From: an uncultured Candidatus Saccharibacteria bacterium
GTDB taxonomy: Bacteria > Patescibacteriota > UBA1384 > CAILIB01
Assembly: GCA_964593885.1 (NCBI GenBank)
Contig: CAZQKK010000002.1
Span: forward strand, 84,363 to 148,362
Reading direction: 5' to 3'
DNA length: 64,000 nt
Position numbers and translations under genes: made by a program. Position 1 is the first letter of the stretch. Each line of letters begins with the position of its first letter. Positions 41,331-48,285 of this stretch are shown piece after piece. The notes under the pieces were generated by a model, which ran no database searches, was not told where the DNA came from, and was given only the letters and a program-made list of their open reading frames with translations.

Positions 41331-43715
41331 ATGAAAGTTAGCTACGAGTGGCTCCTAGACTACGTTGACACCCACACCCCAGCGCTTGAGCTTGGGGAGA
41401 AGTTCCTCATGACCTCATCTGAGCTTGAGGGTGTCGATGCGTGGACTGAGAAGCTCTCCCAGATTGTTGTTGGCGAAGTGCTCACCTGTGAACCACACCC
41501 AAATGCCAGCAAGCTTAAACTCACCACCGTAAGCGTAGGTGGGCGAAAGAAACTCAAGATTGTTTGTGGAGCACCTAACGTAGCCGCAGGATGCAAGGTA
41601 CTGGTAGCCCTTCCAGGAGCAACCGTTACCTCTCGTGACGGCAAGACAAGCTTTACCATCGCTCCAACAACACTGAGGGGCGAAGTTTCAGAGGGGATGC
41701 TCTGCGCCGCTGAAGAACTTGGATTGCCAGCTCAGGGCGATGGGCTCCTGCTCCTCCCAAAAACCGCCAAGGTAGGCATACCTGCTGCAAAGTTCTTGAA
41801 CAGAGAAACCACCGTTCTTGACCTGGAGATCACCCCAAACAGACCTGACCTCCTGAGCTACGTTGGTCTCGCCCGTGAAGTGGCAACCTTTGATAGGAGA
41901 ACTCTCAGAGAGCCAAACCTTTTACCTCTGGAAAACCTCCAGCACCTCCCAGCAAACCAGACAGTCACCTCAAGTAATACCCATCTCTCAAGTAGGCTGA
42001 GTGTGATTCAATTTGAGGTTACTGGCAGTGGTGAAACTCCAGCTTGGATGTCCTCACGCCTCGAACTCTCTGGAATTCGCCCCATCAGCCCCGTAGTAGA
42101 CGTAGCCAACTACGTGATGCTGGAGCTAGGGCAACCACTCCACACCTACGACGCCTCAAAACTCCCGGGCACCGCCCAGGGAAAGCAAGACTTTACCGCT
42201 GGCACTCCAGCAAAACCCCTCAAGCTCAAGGTTCTGGATGGTAGCACCCGCGAGGTTACCACAGATGATATCGTCATCAGCGTCCACGGTGAGGTAGTTG
42301 GTATTGCAGGCATCATTGGGGGCGAAGCAACAGCCATCACATCAGAGAGTACCGGATTTATCCTAGAAGCAGCTTCGTTCCACGGACCAGCCATTAGGCG
42401 AACTTCCCGTAGGCTTGGCCTCCGTACAGAAGCAAGCAGCAGGTTTGAGAAGGGAGTAGACCCAGAGCTCACCATCACCGCCATCAAACGCGCCGCCTAC
42501 CTCTACCAACAGCTTGGCATTGCTAAGCCAAGCAGCCGCCTCGTTGATTTCGCCCACCATAAACGGGGGAGCGAAAGACCGCGCATCCACGTCACCTCTG
42601 AGCAAATCCAGGGAATCCTTGGTGTCCACATTTCCCTCGGCGAAGCAAAGCAAATCCTCCAGAAGCTCGGCTTCACCCTCCTCCACGTCACCAAAGCCTC
42701 TCTAGACTGCATCCCACCTAGCTGGCGCGCCGATGTGACCAGGGAAGAGGACGTCCTTGAGGAGCTGGTGCGAATTTGGGGGTACGATAGGGTCCCAAGC
42801 ACCCTCCCAAGCTCTAGTGTTAAGCCCCCACAAGAAAACCTCGAGTTCTCGAGGTTAATGAGTATGCGCCACGCTTCAGCTTCGCTTGGCTTCAGAGAAA
42901 CCATCCACCTCTCATTCTCAAACGAGAGAGAAATCACAGCCTCAGGCCTCACCATCGCTGATGCAGTACCACTCCAAAACCCTCTCTCACTAGAGCAGAG
43001 CCACCTCCTGCCATCACACCTCATCTCGTTCCTGAGAACCACATCTGAGCACCAGGTTAACCCAGAAACCCGTCTCTTTGAGATTGGCTCAATCTTTTCA
43101 CGCCCTACCACCGAAACCAGAAAGTTTAGCGCCTGCGTAAGGACAGCCTCACCTGCAGAGGAAGCGCTCCAAGAGCTCAAGCAGCTGGTAGCATCACTCA
43201 CCACAGCTTGCAGAATCACCACACCAGTCTCGTACCAGGGGAGTGGTAGTACCTGCAGTATCACCCTAGGTGACACAGTAGTTGGCATGATCCAGATTGT
43301 TCCACTTGCTACTCTAGAGAAGTACAAGATTAGGCGCTCAAAGACCTTCCTCTTCCTAGAGCTAGACCTCGCTTCGCTCTTTACCGCTCCAGCAAACTTT
43401 GTCACGTACAGAGCACTTCCTGTTTTCCCAAGTATCCAGCGAGATATTTCGCTCCAGGTAGCTGAGACCACCCAATGGGAGGCAATTGAGAAGTCCCTCA
43501 AAACCCACCTCACCCAGGTTCCAAACAGCATGCATCTGACCTACACCTTCCTTGGAGTGTACAGAGGGAAACCACTGCCTCCGGATACCAAGTCTGTCAC
43601 GGTAAGGCTTACCTACCAGGGACAGGAGCGCACCCTCACCGACCAAGAAGTGGATACCGACCTCAAGAATCTCACCAAGCGACTCACCAACCTACCAGCA
43701 ACCATCGTCACATAA
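41331..43715 (+). CDS. pheT: Phenylalanine--tRNA ligase beta subunit.
   Basis: N-terminal tRNA-binding OB fold (CEPHPNASKLKLTTV), B3/4 and B5 domains, C-terminal FDX-ACB-like domain. Confidence 0.95.
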   Translation: MKVSYEWLLDYVDTHTPALELGEKFLMTSSELEGVDAWTEKLSQIVVGEVLTCEPHPNASKLKLTTVSVGGRKKLKIVCGAPNVAAGCKVLVALPGATVTSRDGKTSFTIAPTTLRGEVSEGMLCAAEELGLPAQGDGLLLLPKTAKVGIPAAKFLNRETTVLDLEITPNRPDLLSYVGLAREVATFDRRTLREPNLLPLENLQHLPANQTVTSSNTHLSSRLSVIQFEVTGSGETPAWMSSRLELSGIRPISPVVDVANYVMLELGQPLHTYDASKLPGTAQGKQDFTAGTPAKPLKLKVLDGSTREVTTDDIVISVHGEVVGIAGIIGGEATAITSESTGFILEAASFHGPAIRRTSRRLGLRTEASSRFEKGVDPELTITAIKRAAYLYQQLGIAKPSSRLVDFAHHKRGSERPRIHVTSEQIQGILGVHISLGEAKQILQKLGFTLLHVTKASLDCIPPSWRADVTREEDVLEELVRIWGYDRVPSTLPSSSVKPPQENLEFSRLMSMRHASASLGFRETIHLSFSNEREITASGLTIADAVPLQNPLSLEQSHLLPSHLISFLRTTSEHQVNPETRLFEIGSIFSRPTTETRKFSACVRTASPAEEALQELKQLVASLTTACRITTPVSYQGSGSTCSITLGDTVVGMIQIVPLATLEKYKIRRSKTFLFLELDLASLFTAPANFVTYRALPVFPSIQRDISLQVAETTQWEAIEKSLKTHLTQVPNSMHLTYTFLGVYRGKPLPPDTKSVTVRLTYQGQERTLTDQEVDTDLKNLTKRLTNLPATIVT

Positions 43716-43718
43716 GCC

Positions 43719-45116
43719 ATGAACCAGCGAATTCCCATCAGCGAGACCCAGAACAAAGTAGGCGAGAGAGTCGTTGTTTCAGGCTGGGTGCACCGTATCC
43801 GCGACCACAGTAAGGTTCTCTTCGTAGATCTCAGAGACCGCACAGGCCTCTTGCAGGTTGTCACCGGTGGCTGGGAGCCAGAGTCTTACGAGGTCATGAA
43901 AACCCTCAGCCTAGAAGACGTCATCACCATTGAGGGAGAAGTTGTGGCAAGGCCTGAAAAGCTTATCAACCCGGAGATGATCACTGGCAAGGTTGAGCTG
44001 CAGGCAAAGACTGTCGCCATCCTTGGCAAGAGCCAGACACCTCCATTCTCAGTGAACGAGGATACCAAAGAGGTTGAGGAAGAGCTCAGGCTCAAGCACC
44101 GCTACCTAGACCTCAGGTCTACCCGGATGGCAAAAAACATCCTCAACCGATCCAAGACTATTTCTTTCCTCAGGAAGCACCTTGAGGCAAACGGCTTCAT
44201 TGAGGTTGAAACACCAATCCTCACCGCCAGCACCCCAGAGGGCGCACGCGACTACGTGGTGCCAACCAGGAGCAAGGGCAACTTCTACGCCCTCCCACAG
44301 AGCCCACAGCAGTACAAGCAGCTCCTCATGGTAGGAGGTATTGAGAGGTACTACCAGATTGCCAAGTGCATGCGGGACGAAGACAGCCGGGGAGACCGTC
44401 AGCCAGAGTTCACCCAGCTGGATATGGAGCTCTCGTTCATGAAACAGGAGGACATCCTCCAGTTCACCGAGGACATGTACACCAAGCTGGTTACCGAGCT
44501 CTACCCCGAGAAGCACATCACCCAGTCTCCGTGGCCACGTCTCTCGTACAAAGAGACCATGGATACCTATGGAAACGACAAGCCAGACCTCAGGAAAGAC
44601 AAGAACGATCCAAATGAGCTAGCTTTTGCATGGATTGTAGACTTCCCACTCTTTGAATGGGACGAAGACAACAAGCGTGTCAGCCCAATGCACCACATGT
44701 TCACCATGCCACGCGAAGAAGACCTCCCACTCCTGGATAGCGAGCCGCTCAAGGTGATTGGTCAGCTCTACGACTTCGTCTGTAACGGCTACGAGATCGC
44801 CTCTGGAAGCATCAGGATCACCAACCAAGAGATTCAGAGTAAGATCTTTGAGCTCATCGGCATGCCAAAAGAAGAAGCTGAGGCTAAGTTTGGCCACATG
44901 CTCGAGGCATTCAAGTACGGTGCTCCACCCCACGGTGGCATCGCCCCTGGTATTGATAGGTTCCAGATGATTCTAGAGAACGAGCCAAACATCAGAGAGG
45001 TTATCGCCTTCCCAAAGACAGGTGAGGGGAGAGACCCAATGATGAAGGCTCCTTCGCCAATTTCTGATGCCCAACTCAAAGACCTTGGCATTACGGTAAC
45101 CCCTGAAAAGAAGTAA
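43719..45116 (+). CDS. aspS: Aspartate--tRNA ligase, short form lacking the bacterial GAD insertion domain.
   Basis: FYALPQSPQQYKQLLMVGGIERYYQIAKCMRDEDSRGDRQPEFTQLDMELSF; YGNDKPDLR followed directly by AFAWIVDFPLFEW; GAPPHGGIAPGIDRFQMIL. Confidence 0.8.
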   Translation: MNQRIPISETQNKVGERVVVSGWVHRIRDHSKVLFVDLRDRTGLLQVVTGGWEPESYEVMKTLSLEDVITIEGEVVARPEKLINPEMITGKVELQAKTVAILGKSQTPPFSVNEDTKEVEEELRLKHRYLDLRSTRMAKNILNRSKTISFLRKHLEANGFIEVETPILTASTPEGARDYVVPTRSKGNFYALPQSPQQYKQLLMVGGIERYYQIAKCMRDEDSRGDRQPEFTQLDMELSFMKQEDILQFTEDMYTKLVTELYPEKHITQSPWPRLSYKETMDTYGNDKPDLRKDKNDPNELAFAWIVDFPLFEWDEDNKRVSPMHHMFTMPREEDLPLLDSEPLKVIGQLYDFVCNGYEIASGSIRITNQEIQSKIFELIGMPKEEAEAKFGHMLEAFKYGAPPHGGIAPGIDRFQMILENEPNIREVIAFPKTGEGRDPMMKAPSPISDAQLKDLGITVTPEKK

Positions 45117-45117
45117 C

Positions 45118-45846
45118 GTGGAAAGACTCCAAAAGATTATTGCCGAGTCTGGCATCTGCTCAAGGCGAGCGGCCGAGACGTTGATTACCTCAGGTAAGGT
45201 GAGGGTGAACGGAAAGACCATCATGGAGCTTGGGGCGAAGGCAGATAGTGCCGTTGATACCATCCTCGTAAACAATCGCCCCCTCCCAAAGCCCGAGAAG
45301 GTGATGTACCTGGTGTACAAGCCAAAGGGCTACATCTGCAGTAAAATCGCCCAGGACAATTCGCCCATTGTAACCAGCCTCGTTCCCAACTACCCGGCTG
45401 TATACCCAGTAGGAAGGCTCGATAAAGAGAGTGAAGGACTGATCCTCCTCACCAATGACGGCGAGCTCACCCAGAAGCTCACCCATCCTTCGTACAAGAG
45501 TAGTAAAACCTACCTTCTCACCCTCAGGCAGAAGCTGGGGAGCAAACCCCACACTGCCGCCGAAATTCAGGCAAAGTTTGAGAAGGGAGTGAAGCTCTCA
45601 GACGGCAAACTAGAGACTACCAATGTCTCAGTTGAACCCCTCCCAAACAAGGAGTTTAAGGTGAGGGTTACCATCCACGAGGGCCGCAACCATGTTCTCA
45701 GACGTGCTAGTTCTGTGCTAGGATTACAGGTAAAGAAACTCGTGAGAACTGAGATTTCTAACCTTACTAACACAAGGCTTAAAATTGGTGGGTTCAGAAA
45801 GCTTGCACCTCTAGAGGTGCAACAACTCTCCCAAGCAAACTCATGA
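45118..45846 (+). CDS. Pseudouridine synthase, RsuA/RluB family.
   Basis: S4 domain RLQKIIAESGICSRRAAETLITSGKVRVNGK; catalytic GRLDKESEGLILLTNDGEL. Confidence 0.85.
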   Translation: MERLQKIIAESGICSRRAAETLITSGKVRVNGKTIMELGAKADSAVDTILVNNRPLPKPEKVMYLVYKPKGYICSKIAQDNSPIVTSLVPNYPAVYPVGRLDKESEGLILLTNDGELTQKLTHPSYKSSKTYLLTLRQKLGSKPHTAAEIQAKFEKGVKLSDGKLETTNVSVEPLPNKEFKVRVTIHEGRNHVLRRASSVLGLQVKKLVRTEISNLTNTRLKIGGFRKLAPLEVQQLSQANS

Positions 45847-46907
45847 CCAGAAAAGCAGTCATTACCATCCTTGCATCGCTCTACCTCGTAGGGTTTGCTG
45901 GGTATGGCTACTGGGCTGGCAATCTCTGGGTAGCAACCCAGCCTGGACAGGCTGAGGCTGCGGCAAATCAGCAGGGCGAAGTACTGGGTGCAAGCACTAC
46001 CGTGGCATCCGAAGTGCTCCTTGGAAGTCTCCCAGTATCTACTGAAACACCTGTAGCCACGCCGGCACCTACCCCAACTCCTATCCCATACCCGGTACTC
46101 TTGCCTGAGGCAAAGAAGCCGGTTATCAACTCACGTCGCTACGTCCTCTACCATGCTGAGAGCGGTAAGGTACTCCTGGAAAAGGACGCTGATGTTGCAG
46201 TGCCTATTGCCAGTACCACCAAGCTGATGACTTCGTACATTGTTGATGAGATTGGCAACCTTACTGAGAAAGTTACCGTTTCAAAGGAAGCCGCCAGCCT
46301 TACTGGTTCGCTCATGGGACTGCGTGCAGGTGAGGTTATCACCACTGAAGCTCTCATGTACGGTATGCTCTTAAACTCAGGTAACGATGCTGCCCACGCC
46401 CTAGCTGAACACTACGGCAAGCAGCTCTTGGGAAACCAAAATTCCAGCTTTGAGCAGGCAATCACTCGCTTTGTAGAGGAAATGAATCGCTACGCAAGTA
46501 ACCTCAACCTCAATAGAACCGCTTACAAAGACCCTGCAGGTCTCAATGATGACGGTAGGAGCAGTGCACTAGATCTCGCTAAGCTCACCACAGCGGTGAA
46601 CCAGCGTGCGGACCTTAGGAAAATTACCACCACAGCTCAAATTACCGTCACCGGTAACCAACCACGGGATAAACACGAGCTACGCAACTCAAACAGGCTC
46701 GTAGCAGACTACTTCTACGATGGTGTAATTTCAGGAAAAACTGGGTACACCGAAGGAGCAGGACACTGCCTGGTTACCTCAGTAACAAGAAATGGAACTA
46801 CCCTCATTGCAGTAGTTCTCTCAACCTACCAAGAATCAAAAGAGGCTTCTGCTCAGGAAAACCGAAAGCTCCTAGACTGGGGCTTCGCTTCCTTCAGCTT
46901 TCTGTAG
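45843..46907 (+). CDS. D-alanyl-D-alanine carboxypeptidase (peptidase S11, PBP5/6-like) with an N-terminal membrane anchor.
   Basis: SxxK as ASTTKLMTSY, SGN as LNSGNDAAHALA, KTG as SGKTGYTEGAGH. Confidence 0.8.
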   Translation: MTRKAVITILASLYLVGFAGYGYWAGNLWVATQPGQAEAAANQQGEVLGASTTVASEVLLGSLPVSTETPVATPAPTPTPIPYPVLLPEAKKPVINSRRYVLYHAESGKVLLEKDADVAVPIASTTKLMTSYIVDEIGNLTEKVTVSKEAASLTGSLMGLRAGEVITTEALMYGMLLNSGNDAAHALAEHYGKQLLGNQNSSFEQAITRFVEEMNRYASNLNLNRTAYKDPAGLNDDGRSSALDLAKLTTAVNQRADLRKITTTAQITVTGNQPRDKHELRNSNRLVADYFYDGVISGKTGYTEGAGHCLVTSVTRNGTTLIAVVLSTYQESKEASAQENRKLLDWGFASFSFL

Positions 46908-47585
46908 GGCAATCTCGGCAGCGTTCACCTGAGCTGCTTGCTTGCTGCCGCCAACTCCCTGCGCCAGCTCTTCTTCGCCAACCGTAACTGCTACGGTGAA
47001 GGTTTTTTCGTGGTCTGGGCCTGTCTCGGAGACTACGGTGTAGGTAGGGGTAATGCTGTACTTCTCCTGGGTGTACTCCTGCAATCTACTCTTGGGATCG
47101 ATGAAGGTTTTGTTCTCAATAATGTTTGCCAGGTGGACGATGACATGAGCGTGGATGAGCGTCTCACAGGCTGAGTAGCCCTTATCCAGGTAGAGTGCCC
47201 CAAGGAAGGCCTCAAAGGCATTGGCCAGCAGGTAACCTTTGTCTCGGCCACCACTCTTAGCTTCGCCCCGTGAGAGGAGGAGGAGATCTGAGAAACCGAG
47301 GTTTCGCGCCACTTCTGCAAGCATTTCACCCTTCACGATGCTGCTTCTGAGGGCTGTGAGCTCACCTTCAGGGTTTGGGTAGGTCCTGTAGAGGTGATCG
47401 GTTACCACAAGCTCTAGTACTGCATCACCAAGAAACTCCAGTCTCTCATTGTGAGGGAGGGGGAATGACTTGTGCTCGTTGAGGTAGGAACGGTGGACGA
47501 AAACCTGGGTGAGGAGATCCTGGCTGGTGAAATCAACCTGTAGCCTTTTCTGGAACTCGCTGAGGGCTTCTGGGTTTGGGTGCAT
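46872..47585 (-). CDS. rnc: Ribonuclease III.
   Basis: ERLEFLGDAVLELVV and a C-terminal dsRBD. Its 3' end overlaps the convergent carboxypeptidase gene by 36 nt. Confidence 0.9.
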   Translation of the reverse strand: MHPNPEALSEFQKRLQVDFTSQDLLTQVFVHRSYLNEHKSFPLPHNERLEFLGDAVLELVVTDHLYRTYPNPEGELTALRSSIVKGEMLAEVARNLGFSDLLLLSRGEAKSGGRDKGYLLANAFEAFLGALYLDKGYSACETLIHAHVIVHLANIIENKTFIDPKSRLQEYTQEKYSITPTYTVVSETGPDHEKTFTVAVTVGEEELAQGVGGSKQAAQVNAAEIALQKAEGSEAPV

Positions 47586-47591
47586 AGTACT

Positions 47592-48035
47592 TTAGCGAGC
47601 GTCGCGTGGGGCGAGTTTACTCTCAAACTTACGGTAGACGGAACCGAGGACACCATTGATGAACTTTGGCGAACTCTCGCTTCCAAACGTTTTACCAATT
47701 TCAATGGCCTCATTTATTGAAACGCGTGGTGGCACATCCTCTTCAGCGTCGTAGAGCATTTCGTAGAGGGCAACTCTGAGGATTCCCTTATCAACCTTTG
47801 CAACCTGTTCAATTGGCCACTCTGGAGCAGCCTCAATGATGAGGGCGTTGATTTCGTCTAGGTGCTCAATGGCTCCATTAACAACTTTCCAGACGTAGGT
47901 TTCATCTACATCTTTACGAAACTCGTTAATATTCCTTTCAGTGACTTCTTTGTAATCTACTCCGTCTCCACGAAAATCTAACTCGTAGAGTGACTGCATG
48001 CACAACGTGCGTGATAGGTGGCGATTTTGTGCCAC
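47592..48035 (-). CDS. nusB: Transcription antitermination factor NusB.
   Basis: SRTLCMQSLYELDF...DRVALYEMLY...VPPRVSINEAIEIGKTFG. Confidence 0.75.
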   Translation of the reverse strand: MAQNRHLSRTLCMQSLYELDFRGDGVDYKEVTERNINEFRKDVDETYVWKVVNGAIEHLDEINALIIEAAPEWPIEQVAKVDKGILRVALYEMLYDAEEDVPPRVSINEAIEIGKTFGSESSPKFINGVLGSVYRKFESKLAPRDAR

Positions 48036-48042
48036 GAAGGAG

Positions 48043-48243
48043 CTACTTAGTAAGTTTCTTGGCTACCTTGCCAACTGCTTTGAGCAGGCGACCACGGTAG
48101 AAACCAGAAGTCTTTGACACGCGGTGGCGAATCATGAGATCTCCTGAAGCAGGATCAACGGTGACAGCAGGAAGATCGAGGCCGAGATTGCGGCGACGGT
48201 TACCTGACCTAGGGGGACTGGTGCGTTTTTTGGGAGTTGCCAT
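48043..48243 (-). CDS. rpmF: 50S ribosomal protein L32, the Cys-less (C-) form.
   Basis: MATPKKRTSPPRSGNRRRN...HRVSKTSGFYRGR aligns to L32 MAVPKKRTSK...HRVC..CGYYKGR with every Cys replaced. Confidence 0.7.
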   Translation of the reverse strand: MATPKKRTSPPRSGNRRRNLGLDLPAVTVDPASGDLMIRHRVSKTSGFYRGRLLKAVGKVAKKLTK

Positions 48244-48285
48244 AGCGTGTACTTGTGAATCTTATGTAGATTACCAGATTTGGCG

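Noticed and set aside
42503-43531. 342-aa ORF on the minus strand, lying entirely inside pheT.
   Set aside because: It is antisense to a well-supported conserved gene, and its product is Ser/Arg/Trp-rich low-complexity sequence typical of antisense frames. No independent start context supports it.
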